A stretch of DNA of 64,000 nucleotides from Eledone cirrhosa (GCA_964016885.1 OZ024742.1:98394001-98458000), one strand, 5' to 3'. Positions 43,368 to 59,382 are shown, numbered from the stretch's first letter. The notes: generated by a model from the sequence alone, not told the origin. Numbers and translations: made by a program.

Positions 43368-44030
43368 ATATTCATGTGTATATATATATCTTCCCCCCCC
43401 CCCGCTATGACCCGTCAATTTCGTTCTTACTGCTTCCTCTTTCTCTGTATCTTTACCCTTTCTAACAGTCACTCTCTCTGTTAGCCTCTTCCTCACCCTT
43501 CACTCACTCACTCTCTGTTACTACCTCTCCTCCTTCTCCTTCTTCTCGTTTGACCTGTGCGTAATTCTTTTCTTTCGCACGCTTGGCCAGGCTGTTCGCC
43601 TTTTTTCTCTCTCTCGTCTACGATTTCACAGAATTTATGTTCACCGAATTCACAGACTAGATTCCTTCTTCCTCTCGTTAGACCTGTACAGAATTCCTTC
43701 CTTGCTCACATTCCAACCAGGTTTGATGGTCTTTTTTCTCTCTCGTTCACGATTTCACCGAACTTATATTCATGGAAATTTCGGACTTGACTCGTTCTTC
43801 ATCACTTTTCGTTGCTTCACCATCTTTGTTTGTTTACACTCTCGCTGTCCCATTTATTTACGTGTCCCAACAACTTTTTTTAGCCGTTGCTCGCACAAGC
43901 CGGAGGTATATGGTCTTTAAAGCGAAGAAATACCTGTGATGGTTGGAAGATCACTGACGAAGGACCACTTTATTCATATGTAACCCATTTGCAACCACGC
44001 AGCACGTTTATTCTCATATATATATATATA

Positions 44031-44270
44031 AAATAATTAAGTCAAATATATAAAATTTGGCTTCATTTATTATAAATTATAAATTATAGATATACTGCTA
44101 TATATATTTCGGTGACAGCTATCATTGGCTGTGACCTCTACAGGCAGTCCGAACTGGTGTGAGAGGGAGAGGTACACATGTTATTGAAGTGTGTTTTACT
44201 CCGTCAATACATCGATATGTCCAGCTCCCGGTTGTGTTGTTATTTCCCTGAGGAACTGGAATTATATATA
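44031..44270 (-). mobile_element. Solo HHR element, core mutated (CTGTAGA; motif spans 44094-44148)
   Basis: Homologous to 18778-18997. Confidence 0.8.
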
Positions 44271-44276
44271 TGTTTT

Positions 44277-44347
<71 letters not shown>

Positions 44348-47139
44348 ATATATATATATACAAGAATATATACAGGAATAAATATATATTCCTGTATAGC
44401 TTTACGTGACCAGAACTGAAATGGGTTTACAAAAATAGTATGCGTCATACAAAATGTTCAGTGACATAACAAATAAGAAATAAACCGCCTGAAACCGTGT
44501 TTTGTTCTCAGATATAAATTGTTAATTTTCATATGTTTATATTTACTTACACTGCATCATAATTTATGCATATTCCAACGTAATAAGACAATTATCTATA
44601 TGGCCAAATCCCTCTAAATTTATACTTATGTTCGAAACTATTGGGAAATTATTGGCAGTGACATTCAATAAAATTAAGTTAACGAAAGATTTAAACATTT
44701 GACATGTAGTGCTTAGAATAAACAATACAGACTACATTGTTTGTGTCGAGTTGTCTTCTTAATTTAACTCTATGAAACGAACAAAGCAAATCTGATAGCG
44801 AAGCAAATTTTCTTACGACACAATTCAAAATGTTTGATAAGCATTTGTAAAGATAATTGACCGTGAGTTAGAAATACATGAATATTTATAGTCTAACGAG
44901 AATGCCTGTCCAAATGTGTTAATTAAAGCAACCAATACAGCAACATCACTGAACATATCAACCAATCAATAAATACGATGACATCGCTTTATCAGTGTGG
45001 ATTATATGATGTATCACCTCTAGCAAAACTTTCAATATATATACACATACTCATACATTAAGTTTTTATGGGTGGTGTTCAATTGTTACATATAGTCTAA
45101 CATTAGAAAAGAGTAGGCAAAGTTGTTATTCCAGAGGACAACATGTTTGAGGTAGTTTTTGCTGTGAGTTCAAATCTCGCTGAGGACAACTTTACGATTT
45201 AGTAATTGTATGTATGAACCCGTACCCTTTTATGGTGCTTTAGGAGTGCCATCATGGAATACTGCCTATCTTAGGCTCTTTAAACCTGGCATAACCAATC
45301 CCCTCTACAAGTCTTAACGCAACCGATTTTTACCAGAAAAATATAAAGAAGGAGAGATAGAAAGAGAAAGAGAATGAGAGAGGAATGAGAAGGAAACATA
45401 GAAGAATATGTCCTAGTACTAGTCTTGTATTTATATCATCTTCGAAAGGATGAAAGGCACAGTTTATATCGGCGTGAATTGAAATCAGAGAACGCTTAGA
45501 GCCGAACCGAATACCGCAAAGCATTCAATACGACGTTACAGTGACTCTGCCGATTTGCTGCCATTTTTCGTCATTAAGGTTTCACGAAACTAATGTGTAC
45601 CAGTCGAGGGCGAAGGATTGGCGAACATCTTAGAGCGCCGACAATATAGCTTAATGTATTTGAGTGAGATTGGTTAGGTAATATCACCCGTCCCTCGGGT
45701 GGCTTTATTGCGGTAATGTATGTTGCAAGCATTCGCATAGGGTCCCCGCTTTGTGGATAACATTTATTCTTCCTCCAACCAGTCTCAGGTGGGTGGACGG
45801 AGGCACTGTCCCTTCACCTCAGACTCATAATCAAATATAGCTCCCAAATCTGAGAGTGACGTACTACTACACATACAGATACTATAGACCACATAAAAAG
45901 TCACCCGATTGATTGATATGAAATCGTTCGCCAATAATTGCCAGCCTTCACAAAATGTCTCAACACGCTTCATCTTTTTCTATCATTGCCCTGTCATCTT
46001 GTGTTTGGATATGGTTAATGATATACCACCTACAATTTGCCTATCCATTATTATGTCCCACTGGCAGGCACCTCACTAACCACTTTTCCCGTCCTCTCGT
46101 CCACGCATGGAGAAGGACAAGGCACGACGTTTGGGTGGTAGTAGATGACCGAAGTGGTGTATGCATTCACCACCTCTTCCCGACAATTCAAAGGTAACTT
46201 ACTCTCTGCCCATTTCTGAGTGAGAGTGACCACCATGGTTGTTACCTCCTCGGTGTTTGTCCATTTGGAGGTCTGGACCAAACCAGACACCGAGCAATTT
46301 AAGCGCTCCATCCATTTAGAGCCTGGACTCACTGTAGGACTGTAGGGATCTGCCTTTGCATCAACGTTCTAATGATATTAATGATAGTGGTTTAAACAGT
46401 TTTGAGGGAGGAGAATGTCGATTAATCCGACACCAGACCGTCACTAGTACTTTACTTTATCGACCACGTAAGGATGAAAGGCAAAGATAACCTCGGCAGA
46501 ATTTGAACTCAGAATGTATAGGGACCTAAATATACCACAGAGTCTGTTGTACGACGCTCTACCGGTACTGCCAATCCATTGCCATTGGATAAGCAGAATC
46601 GGTATAATAATAATAATAACGATTAGATGATTCAGCTTAAAATTGACATTCTAGTTGTTTTGTATTGTCTTTCCTAATGTAGAAATAGGTAACTCGACTG
46701 TATTTGAGAATAACTGTCATCGTAGTTGCTAAAAAAGTTGAAATCAATACTGGTTTAGTCTTGTTTCTTTATGTAAATTGCTTTATGTGTCGGAAATATT
46801 GTTCAACGAAGTTTACTGTCTGCATTTCTTGAGAATATAACTAGGAATCTAGATCATGAATATTTTTTATTCTTTTATTGGCTTTAGTCAATACACTGCT
46901 GCCACCTTAAAGTGATTTAGTCGATCATACCGACCCCCGGTACAGTTTTGCTTTTCGTCTGTGGCAATTATTTTATCGATGCCTTTTTGACAAACGCTAA
47001 GTTATGGAAAGCAGAACAAACCCACCACAGGCACAAGAACAAAAGAAGACATGCAATCACACGCGCACACACACACACGCACGCGCACACACACACACAC
47101 ACAAACATAAACACACACACACGCGCACACGCACACACG

Positions 47140-47248
<109 letters not shown>

Positions 47249-47269
47249 ATATCAATGATATTAATAATG

Positions 47270-47767
47270 GTATATCTACCAACATATGTATACAGATGTA
47301 TACCCATGCTAGCAAATATATATGTTATGTCTTAGTACCTTTGTGGTTCTATGCAGGTGGATGCAGAACAATTATATGAAAGACGTAAAATAAGAAAATT
47401 TTAAAAATTAAAAATTAACTTACTAAAATTTTCACTCCAACTAATTAGTTTCTGTAAGGGAATAACTATAGTTACGAAACATAACTATAGAGAAGTCCTT
47501 ACGTCATCTGGGAGTCTATTCTCAGCTAAGTCCCCAGGCAATGCGCGGACACGTTACGTAACTATATTTATTCCCTTACAGAAACTAATTAGTTGGAGTG
47601 AACATTTTAGTAAGTAAGTTAAGTTTTAATTTTTAAAATTTTCTTATTTTACGTCTTTCATATAATTGTTCTGCATCCCCCTGCATAGAACCACAAAGGT
47701 ACTAAGACATAACATATATATTTGCTAGCATGGGTATACATCTGTATACATATGTTGGTAGATATAC
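47270..47767. mobile_element. Fold-back element; HHR with CAGATGA core on - at 47434-47515
   Basis: Arms ~47270-47476 and ~47557-47767; actcc CAGATGA c gtaagg...ccttac a GAAA CTAATTAG TT ggagt. Confidence 0.85.
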
Positions 47768-47800
47768 TAATTCTCTCTCTATATATATATATATATATAT

Positions 47801-48310
47801 ACACACAAAAGGGATATTTAATTTGTTGGTAATTCAACAAATATATATATTTATAACTGATTCAAAGCACTCAACAGTTTTCTGGAATATAATATCAATG
47901 ATATTAATAAATGGAAACTATATTTATAAACCATATTTATTCTATTATATATATTTCAAGGGCACCAACACTTTGGTACGCCCTCATCAGATAAAATACA
48001 AAGTTTGTTTTATAAATATTGACATATCCACGAAAGAGATCTTAACGGTTGAAGTTTTTCCTGGAAACCGTTAAGATCTCCTTCCTGTATATGTCAATAT
48101 TTATAAAACAAACTTTGTATTTTATCTGATGAGAGCGTACCAAAATGTTGGTGCCCTTGAAATATAATAGAATAAATATGGTTTATAAATATAGTTTCAT
48201 TTATTAATATCATTGACATTATACTCCAGAAAACTTGTCGAGTTCTTCGAATCAGTTATAAATATATATATTTGTTGAAATACCAACAAATTAAATATCC
48301 CTTTGCGTGT
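47801..48310. mobile_element. Fold-back HHR element; HHRs at 47940-47996 (-) and 48120-48172 (+)
   Basis: Inverted arms centred near 48057; ttttat CTGATGA gggcgtaccaa...ttggtgccctt GAAA TATATA TA atagaa. Confidence 0.88.
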
Positions 48311-48551
48311 ATATATATATATATAAGTATGTATACCTACATACATATATGTATACAGACGTACAGTAGTATGTATATACATACATACATGCACACATAT
48401 ATATATATATATACGTATGGGTTTAGCGAACATTTATTATAATGCTTGGTTTGTTTGTAAACAGACTGCCGGAATTATTAGCCGTACAGTGTTCGGCAAC
48501 CATCGTTGCCATTTTGTTCAACGCACACACACACAGCCACACACACGCACG

Positions 48552-48688
<137 letters not shown>

Positions 48689-49051
48689 CGAATTTTGTCT
48701 GTCTTTGTCAACAATGACACTTAAAAAAATGAATATCCCAATACACAATTTTGTTGATTTTGTCCACGTGAGTGAAACATTTCTTTTCTGTCAGAACGGT
48801 GTTGGTGTATATTACCACGTATACAAATAAAACATCAGATGTAGCGTTTAAAACGTTCGTCTAATATAATCTTAAGGGGCAGAAAATGGGGTTGTCCTGG
48901 AATTACCTAGGTCATATTTATTTCAGTAAATTTCCGTTTCAGTTAAGCAACGCTCTCTCGGAGTGGATGAAACATTCTGCGAAATTTTTGGTTTCGGATC
49001 TTTTGAAAACCAACTCATACACACGCATAGAAACGCACACACGTACGCACG

Positions 49052-49229
<178 letters not shown>

Positions 49230-51689
49230 TATGCAAGTTAGATATTATTTATTTAAACACTTATACATATATGAGATTTCTATACAGATGAGAAAAGGAG
49301 CACGCCTTTAGTTGCACGTAATAACGTGCCTGTGCCTCGAAGACAAAAAGTCGAAAGCATCGCTATGAAGAGCAGCTTACGGAATCCGCCGAATCACCTC
49401 ACGAAATAGCCAATTCACCTCACTAATTTCTATCTGAACAGCATACCTGAGTTACGTTCCTCATATAAAATTTCAAAAGCTTTGCCACAGAATACAGCAA
49501 GAGAAATGTTCTTCCTTAGGTATGAAACCCTTGTTCAAATTCGAAGAAAATTTGATAATAGAACTCAGAGTTTTATTATCATTGTTATATGATGTGATTG
49601 TTGTTGCTTTTATAGTTGTCGTCCTTTTTTCTTTGTCTTTGTTAAGGCCCAGATCAACCCGTATCGAGTAGTTCAAAGTTATTTCCAACATGCCCATTCT
49701 ATTTTATAGGGATATGTGCTTCGTTATTTCCTTATTTAACATGGTAGATTGTAATTGAAAGCAAATTTATCTAGACGTTTTGCTGGTTGAGCTATTACTT
49801 ACATGTACCACTGTAGGCTCTTATATGATGAGATAAATATTTTTGTTATTGTTATATGAAGATAACTATGATTCCAGCCACCACGAGCATGTCTTTTCGT
49901 CTTTTGCCCGAATGAATTTAGGCTTTCGCTACGTTCATGCTTTATAAGACAATGTATTCTGATTTAAGCAATATTTTCCTGTTACTATTATCAATCGGTC
50001 ACTTAATAGATTCTCTCCGGTTTAATAAACACGTAGTTTCAGCCACGTTGGATACAAATTCATGCGACACATTGTTTAAACTTTAGAACTATTTTGAATG
50101 AACATCAGCAAAAACGATATATAGACTATATCGATTGAAGTGATTAAATGAAGAGGTGTTCTTGTCTGAAGCTGTTGCAGCGGAAACCATGATTGCAAAT
50201 TAAACCGATGCGAGGCTTTCGTTAGGCAGCGAAGTGACAGATTTGTGGGAAATGTGAATAGGATGTTTTGCGGTATGAGTCTCTGGGTTTTTTTCAAATT
50301 AGCTGCGGTCACCTTAAAATATACATATATCCTCAACAGTTTCTGACATGTACATACAACATGTATCACAGTTTCATTTAATGGAAAAGTGTATCTGTAC
50401 TGCTACAATAAAATGACGTGAGAGAGAGGCTGGATCCATACAGCAGTATTTCCGCCCAATCACATTTTTTTTTTTTTGATGATCCACTGTTGAACGACTA
50501 AATATATTTAGACGACCTTTGCAACTAATTTGAAAAAATTATTCAATAGAGTTATTTATAAATATTAGAAAATTGAATGTTGCAATATAGATAATCAGAA
50601 CTACATTTAAACTACAGAAATAGCATTGGTACTTCTTCTTTAGTCAATACATAAAGCAAAGTTATTAGTGAGATATGAGCACATAGTGTATTTTGAACGG
50701 TATTTTCTAAGATTGGATTTCTTCCTACTTTGACAATTATATATGAAATTTATTCCGTATCTTATTTTGTATCTTTGCCATTTTGAAATAGAAACTTATT
50801 CTTTCGCGGCACATGTAATTATATCTCGTGGAATACCAATTAGGCAAGACCCACAGTTTGGCAACCAATATCACAGAACATCGAAAATATTCTCCTTATA
50901 TTATTTCAATACACACTTTTTACATTCTAGGATGAATTTCCACCTTGGTTGACTTTGCTATTCCTTCATAATATGGGTCAATTACATGAGTCAAGTGTAA
51001 TGGATTTAAAAGAAATGCAGTTAAAAGGTATAAGCATTAAATACAGATTGAGTCATGTACAAGTGTGATTAATAGATTCGATGTCTCATTCAACGCGGAC
51101 TGACGGAACAGTTATCCATTTCTGAAGTAATTACGATTTGAAGTGAACATAATTTGTAAATAACCACGAATGTTAAAGATTCCTAGTAAAATTGTGAACG
51201 GTCCACCTCTAAATTCTCCTTAAACAGAAATCCACTGTACGTATTAAGGCCAAAACCGACATCGTATGCTTAATATTCTCTATGAGTTGAACAGTTAAGA
51301 TCGGATGTTCAACGTGATGAACATTTGAATAACACGAGTTATTGAAATATTTTAATCATTTATCACAAATATTTTCTTTTCTTAAAAAATTGCAACAAAG
51401 TAATATAATATTTCCACAATTTTCACATATTAGACAAAAGACAAAATTCCATTAATCACATTGTCAAGCAAAGTTTGAATTCCATGAAAATATTATGGGT
51501 GAAGTGAAGCAAATTTACCTCATGTATTTTGTATTGTACTATTTTTCACAATATAAAACGAAACAAAATGAATGGATGATAGATGGCATTGTTTCTTAAC
51601 CATGTTTGCATCATTTGGCACATTGATTAAATATTAGTGGCTGCAGAATTTTCGAAATTAAAAGAAATTCTACTATAAATACCAAGATC

Positions 51690-52000
51690 ATATAGTAACT
51701 ACAGTTTAGGATGTTTACTTTACAATCGTAATTTTGACGGTTCGATTCCCACCGGTGCCTTGTACCCTCTAGAAAGACATGTTATTTCCTGGCATTTAAT
51801 TCACTCAGCTGGAAAAAAATGACTTGTACCTGTAATTCGAAATGCCAAATTTTTCACACTCTGAGCAATGCTGAATCTTCATGAGAACTGCAGTCTGTGG
51901 AATGCGCAGGGGACTACAGTTTAATATTACAGGCAGACTGTTCATTTGTAGAAACAACTGGAACACACGTCGTCAAAACCGACGGAGATCCATCAGTGTC
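51690..52000 (+). mobile_element. Second-family SINE; partial relatives at ~35020-35290 and ~27340-27490
   Basis: ggttcgattccc B box and shared 3' part ...gaacaactggaac.ctcgtcg...cgacggag. Confidence 0.55.
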
Positions 52001-52217
52001 AACATTAGCCACAGAAGTCATTCTAATATTTTTGTATTTTAGGTATTTTAAATCACTCACATTGAATGTTTACCGAATAAGTATATGTATTAAAATACGC
52101 AGTGGCACACATTTTCATGAATATGAAAAAAACGACCCGATAACAGGTTACAGGTAACCTGTTATCGGCAATCTTTCTTTCTTTCCCTCTCTTTCTCTTT
52201 CTCTGCCTCAGACACAC

Positions 52218-52279
<62 letters not shown>

Positions 52280-53069
52280 CTAATAAGTTTTATTGTATCG
52301 ATGTTTATCTTGGTTCACACGAAAACCATTTATCTTAAAATATATTCCATCATATTCTATTGTCTGTTGATATAATTGTGACTGAAGTTCAAATCCACGG
52401 CTACAACATTTGTCTGGTGTATAGGCAAAATTATGTCGGCACTCGTTTTCAAGCTAATCAACGTTGTTGAATCTCCGTTGGAGCAGGAGGTAAGCCATCG
52501 CTCGGAAAATGTAGTATTCTGATGGTACAGGGCCGGATTGTAGGCAAGTTGAGGTAGCACTTCTAGCCTATCAATTTCCGCTAGTGTGTGATGGGGTATT
52601 GCCTTGCTAGCAGATGGCGTAGAAGGATTTCAAAGCATCATATACTTGCTGCATTTGTTGAGTATGAAGGTCAAGTTTCACAGCATGCCTATCTGGGACA
52701 AGCTTCAAGTGGAACCCGCCCCCTCAAATGTCTACCAAACACACAACATCCCCGTCTATTCAAAACCTCCTTCTCTGACAACAACTTCTCAAGCCTGGCC
52801 GGGATGAAGCTACCAAAAACTGGCATCTCTAGGATATGCCAGTAGTCATTTGCAAATGTTCACGCTATATGTAAAACTTTCCAGGTATAGAGAAAAATTG
52901 AACTCAGGACAACATTTTCTTGAAAGAGAGAGAGAGAGAGGTGGGAGGGAATTAAAGAAAGAAAAAGAGAAAGGGAGAAAGAAGGATTGATTGATGCAGA
53001 TGAAAATGTGGTACATGAACGGAAAGAATTAGTAAGATCAAAAAGAGTATCTTCTTCTTCTTCTTCTTC

Positions 53070-53132
<63 letters not shown>

Positions 53133-53943
53133 CCATCCACCGTGTGGTGATATCCTGGTATCAAGTAATTACAGTAATAATCAATAAACCAAACTCAAAT
53201 CAGTTATCCTACCTCTTAGATGACCGGGTATGGAGTGGTGTGATGTGGTGTAATGTGAATGGGGTATTATGTGCTGGAGACTGATATAGTGTAGAGTGAA
53301 GTGGTTAATGTATGTTGCTACTTGTGAGAAAATCTTACACAAGCTTTTAGAAGGTTACCAATACATGATTTTCAAATGCAGACATTATCTCTGTATGTTT
53401 CATACTAGTCACTCTAGAATAACATTAATTAATACGAGAAACTAAAATGAATGTGAATAAATCCAAGTCTTAATTCTATTCAGCTTTTAAAATCCTATGA
53501 AATTTCTAACGTCGACTGTAGCCAACATTTTATTGCCCACACAATCCTATTGACGAATAAACTTGCTTTTATATCAGATATCACTAGAGAAATTTCGAAA
53601 TCACCACAAATAAAAGAGAGACTTATTATATTTCCTTTTGACATGGCAGTCACATCTCTATTTGATCGTGCATCTAGAACGTTGTCTTTGACTAGATGTT
53701 AGATTTAGTAATTCTTCTTCAATACTTGTTGAGTAAACTTAATTGTTTTTATTATTCTTGTTCATGGTTACGTACATTCGCTGACACAGATGGTGATCAA
53801 GTTAGAGTGCCAGTGTACCAAACAAAACGTTAGATTCTATTCTTGTCAACAATATATATGTTGCGTACCTAGCTAACTCATAGAGACGCACGTATACATA
53901 CATACACACGCGCGATCACACAGTTTATATATCTCTCTCGCTT

Positions 53944-53990
<47 letters not shown>

Positions 53991-54472
53991 GTGTATGTAT
54001 GTGCGTGTGCGTGTGCCTGTATACATATATTCAATGTATATAAAATATCTATTGATTGTGTTTATCTATAAAAAAAAAAACCTATGAAGATGAGTTCAAA
54101 GCATTAAATATATAAATCTAAACGATATACAAAAGGATGTATGTCAATTCAGAGACTTCAAGTATATTTAGCATGTATAGAGATGAATAGATATGTACTT
54201 ACTTCAAGTTGGTAACATAGCCTAGAGTGTCGGAGACAGTTTGTTTCTGGAAATCGAAGAAAAGACAAAAATCATCGATCTTAGTAATTAGTATCCATCA
54301 GCAATTATCGATATCAGTAATAAGCATCTTAAGACTAATATTTATTTCATTCATCTGCAACTTTATATATATTTAAATATATATTTATTTTTATATATAT
54401 ATAAATATATATATATAAATATATATAAATATATTTTTATTTTTATTTCCTTAATTCTTAAGGATTAAGGAA

Positions 54473-54557
<85 letters not shown>

Positions 54558-54581
54558 GTAAATATATATATAAATATATAA

Positions 54582-54651
<70 letters not shown>

Positions 54652-54698
54652 ATATATATAATTATATATTTATATATGGATATATATATTTATATATT

Positions 54699-54747
<49 letters not shown>

Positions 54748-54749
54748 AT

Positions 54750-55945
54750 TGTTATACTTTGGGAGGGTCATGTTGCCAATAAGAAACACACGCACCAGTT
54801 GCTTTCACTTCAATTTATTATAATAAATTCATAATAAATTTATAAATTTATAAATTTCTGGTTGGTTGGTTCCACAACCAGATAGTTGTTTATATATAGT
54901 CATAGTTCTTTCGTCACACACTCTGTGACCTCTTCAGTGACTGGGGATTCCTTTCTTTGTTTCTGTGCCTCTCCTTTGTTCTGTCCTACGCCATTTTGTT
55001 TCTGTGTGTGTGTTGTGTGCTCAGTCTGCGCATGCGCCACATCCGGGTATCTGTGTGTGTTTATGTTCATTTATTTATTTGTTTATTTACATGTTACTGG
55101 TTGGTTGTTTGTTCTATGTGTGTGTGTGTTTTCATTTTGTCCTTAATTGTAAGTTGTGATGTTGCTGTTGCACTCATATTTTCTATTTAATTTTGGTTGT
55201 AATTCTTTTATGTTTATTGCCTCTGTAATTTGTCTAAACATTGCGTCTATTCATTGTGTAGATTCTATTTTAATTTCTATGTTCTCTAATTTAGCCTTGT
55301 GTTCTATTTTAGCATGTTGGTAGAGTACAGATGGTTCTTTACTATCTTGAAGGTCTCGCCAGTGTTCATTTATCCGTTCCCCTACGAGCTGTCTCACCTA
55401 TGTACACTATATTTTTGTCTCTACATTGTCCTTCAGAACATCTCATGCTATACACTACATTTCTAGTTTTACAGTTAATATGGGGGCTTATTTTACAGGT
55501 TATACATTTCTTATCTATACATGAGGGTCTTTGGAAAGGGTATGTCTTGCTTATAAGTGTTTTTACGGAGGTACCTGGTCTTTCTACTATCTTAATATTG
55601 AGTTTATGTTTATTTAGGGCCCTTCTAAATTTGTAAGCTAATTCACCTCTAGGGTTTGTATCGATGAACATTACACTCTGGTATTTATTGCTATCATACC
55701 ATGAGTTTATTCTATTAGCCTTATTCCTAGTTCTTTCTATTCTATTCCAAAATTTGCTCCTATACAACCAACAAGAAATTTATAAATTTATAAATTTATT
55801 ATGAATTTATTATAATAAATTGAAGTGAAAGCAACTGGTGCGTGTGTTTCTTATTGGCAACATGACCCTCCCAAATTATAACAATATCGGATTCAACACA
55901 CGATTTCAGATAAAGAATCTTGCTAAACAAATTCAGAAACGAAAT
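54750..55945 (-). mobile_element. PLE GIY-YIG fragment with inverted terminal copy (~55766-55885) and tail; HHR at 54898-54942
   Basis: ORF 55366-55767 has CKTRNVVYSMRC...YIGETAR; agtca CTGAAGA ggtcaca...tgtgac GAAA GAAC TA tgact. Confidence 0.88.
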
Positions 55946-56152
55946 ATATATTTATATATATATATATAGGAACAAGTAAGACCCCGACGGCTGACCTAAA
56001 GCCGTTTCGACGGCTAGTCCAGAATTAGCCGTCGAAACCGCTTGAGCTCAGCCGTCGGGGTCTTACTTGTTCCTATTACCCACTCTACTACCCTAAGTAT
56101 TGAGTACTTTGGTGCGTTATGGTTCACCTGGTTCCTTACCACATTTCCTTCG

Positions 56153-56198
<46 letters not shown>

Positions 56199-57454
56199 TT
56201 ATAAAATAACAGATTAAAGTTTAAGCAAAAAATCGCTACTTTCACCCTTAACTGGATCTTCTGAAACTAAGAAAGTCAATCTGTAAACGCAGAAGTGGAT
56301 ATTTCAAAAAACTTTGCAACTGGGGGAAGACAGGAAGACGATACTTTGGTTCGTGGAAACTTTCGCTGGCAAAGAACGGGAAAAAACGAATTAGATACGT
56401 CATTAATAGGTGCGGTGAAAAACAATTACGCGCAAAGACAGAACCACGTTAATGGTATAAAAGAGGTCGTAGACTAATGTTCTCTTAGGTGGTTCATAGA
56501 GACGTTCGCTGGCAATGAACGAAAAGAACGAAGATAATACGTCATATGTGGAGCGTGGAGAACACTAGCACGCAAATGGTATAGCAGAAGTCGTAGACTA
56601 ACATTCTAACTAGGAGACCGAATGAATCTCCGCTACAGAGTTAAGAACAAAGTAAATAAATACAATACAGAAGTAATAGAAATAAATAAATACATACACG
56701 CAAACAAATACGTACATACACAAGCATATGCAAAACACTTACCTTAGGTATACAAAACCACGTACATATAAATATGTGTGTGTGTGTATGCGTGTATACA
56801 AATAAATAAATAAATAATTAAATAAACGTATATAAATAAATAAATACGTAAATAACAAGTGCACGCACATACCTACATGTAAATACACGAATGTTCGGAG
56901 ACGTAAGTCAACCAAAACATGAAGTACACATATACACACACCCTACATACGTACGAACCTGCATACTCACACAGACGCAAAACTCCCGTATACACATAGC
57001 CAAACCATGGTAACATGACCAGAATAAAAAAAATAAAAAAAGTTTATATGCCATAACATAAACAATCAAATATACGTACGAGAAGGTATACGTACCTTCA
57101 CGAAACATACGGGTAATATATACTTACCTATGCAAATAAGTAATGGTATAAACAAAACATATACTTAGCTCCCACATCAAGACGTAAAATATCCACGTAT
57201 AGATCGTACTATCCATTAGGGTATAACGTGGGGCTGTAATACAGGAAAGTTTTGTGTAATTTATGTTTACAAGCCGAAATTGCCTCATATTTTTTGTTTA
57301 AGATGTGGTCTGTGGCGTAGAGTATTTCCAGGGCCTCAGCGGCGCAGAGGTCACAATGTCTTTTATTTCCGTTATACGATCTAGCCCTAGCTAGGATCTC
57401 CTAGTGTAACTTATATTGGGTGTGGTTGTCTTTTAGACTCCAGATATAAGCTGA

Positions 57455-57780
57455 CCGAGAGATTGGCCTCAACCTGTATAGAGAGGTTGAAGCCTTTATA
57501 GAAGACTGTGAGATCTTTTCTGAACCTGTCGCAAGCACGAGGTCCGCATTTAGTCATGGTCAAAAGACCATCGTCACGGTACAAGCCACCGCCCGCGTTG
57601 GGGAATTCGTCCTTAATAGAGAAACGAAGGAAAAGGCCGATAAGATCAGTAACCTCCGCAGAATCACTAGCGCCCATGCTCACGTCGAATGGGGTGCTAT
57701 TGGATTTTTTAATCCAAATAGAGTCGTCGAAATTAATCACCGACTTTCGGGCATTGAGGATGACATCAACTTCGAAATCC
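57455..57780 (-). pseudogene. PLE reverse transcriptase fragment
   Basis: WIKK...FDVSMGASDSAEVTDLIGLFL...GLYRDDGL. Confidence 0.9.
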
Positions 57781-58464
57781 GTTTTTCCCCCTACACATAA
57801 ATATAGTAATATTTTTAATAGAAATACTATTAAAATGTCTTACTCTACGACTCCTAACCTTGCACATAACATCACAGCTTCAAATTTAGCTAAACTACCT
57901 AGCCGTAGGAACACCTGCAATCCCGTAGTTAGTACTAACTGTAATTATAGGAATCGGGTTTATTGCCCCCTATCCGGGAAATGCCTCTCTAGTAACATTG
58001 TCTACAAATGTAAGGTTGTAACACCCACGTCCCGTAGGGCCTACATAGGGTTAACCGCCAATAGATTCAAGCAGCGTCTTTACACGCATACCCATTCTTT
58101 TCGTTACCCTCTAAGAAGGAATATGACGTCCCTTTCAGCTTATATCTGGAGTCTAAAAGACAACCACACCCAATATAAGTTACACTGGGAGATCCTAGCT
58201 AGGGCTAGATCGTATAACGGAAATAAAAGACCTCGTGACCTCTGCGCCCCTGAGGCCTTGGAAATACTCTACGCCACAGACCACATCTTAAATAAAAAAT
58301 CTGAGGCAATTTCGGCTTGTAAACATAAATTGCACAAATTTTCCTGTATTACAGCCCCACGTTATACCCTAATGGATAGTACGATCTATACGTGGATATT
58401 TTACGTCTTGATGTGGGAGCTAAGTATATGTTTTGTTTATACCATTACTTATTTGCATAGGTAA
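57781..58464 (+). pseudogene. PLE linker plus GIY-YIG endonuclease, 5' truncated
   Basis: FPPTHKYSNIFNRNTIKMSYS...CPLSGKC...IVYKC...YIGLT...FKQRLYTH...TSLSAYIW...DLC...CKH. Confidence 0.9.
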
Positions 58465-59331
58465 GTATATATTACCCGTATGTTTCGTGAAGGTACGTAT
58501 ACCTTCTCGTACGTATATTTGATTGTTTATGTTATGGCGTATAAACTTTTTTTTTTTTTTAAATTCTGGTACATATGGTTTGGCTATGTGTATACGGGAG
58601 TTTTGCGTCTGTGTGAGTATGCAGGTTCGTATGTATGTAGGGTGTGTGTATATGTGTACTTCATGTTTTGGTTGACTTACGTCTCCGAACATTCGCGTAT
58701 TTACATGTAGGTATGTGTGTGCGATTGTTATTTACGTATTTATTTATTTATATACGTTTATATAATTATTTATTTATTTATTTGTATACACGCATACACA
58801 CACACACATATTTATATGTACGTGGTTTTGTATAGCTATGGTAAGTGTTTTGCATATGCTTGTGTATGTACGTATTTGTTTGCGTGTATGTATTTATTTA
58901 TTTCTATTACTTCTGTATTGTATTTATTTACTTTGTTCTTAACTCTGTAGCAGAGATTCATTCGGTCTCCTAGTTAGAATGTTAGTCTACGACTTCTGCT
59001 ATACCATTTACGTGGTTTTGTCTTTGCGTGCTATTGTTCTCCATGCTCCACATATGACGTATTATCTTCGTTTTTTCGTTCATTGCCAGAGAACGTCTCT
59101 ATGAACCACCTAAGAGAACATTAGTCTACGACCTCATTTATACCATGAACGTTGTTCTGTCTTTGCGCGTAATTGTGTTTTTCACCGCTCCTATTAATGA
59201 CGTATCTTATTCGTTTTTCCCCGTTCTTTGCCAGCGAACGTTTCCACGAACCAAAGTATCGTCTTCCTGTCTTCCTCCGGTTGTAACGTTTTTTGAAATA
59301 TCCACTTCTGCGTTTACAGATTGACTGTGTT

Positions 59332-59382
59332 AGTTTCAGAAGATCCCGTTAAGGGTGAAAGCAGCGACTCTTTGCTTAAACT
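59332..59382 (+). ncRNA. Type I hammerhead with CAGAAGA core (mirror copy on - at 56218-56268)
   Basis: agttt CAGAAGA tccc gttaa gggt GAAA gca gcgactctt tgc TT aaact. Confidence 0.7.

Noticed and set aside
50170-50290. Plus-strand CCSGNHDC...FCGMSLW frame with spacing like the 16.7-kb peptide
   Set aside because: Upstream stop and missing cysteines; could be chance.
50410-50465. CRE-like and CCAAT/GC-box cluster as a promoter
   Set aside because: Short motifs with no linked transcript evidence.
52360-52860. Possible LINE RT remnant
   Set aside because: No diagnostic motif recovered.
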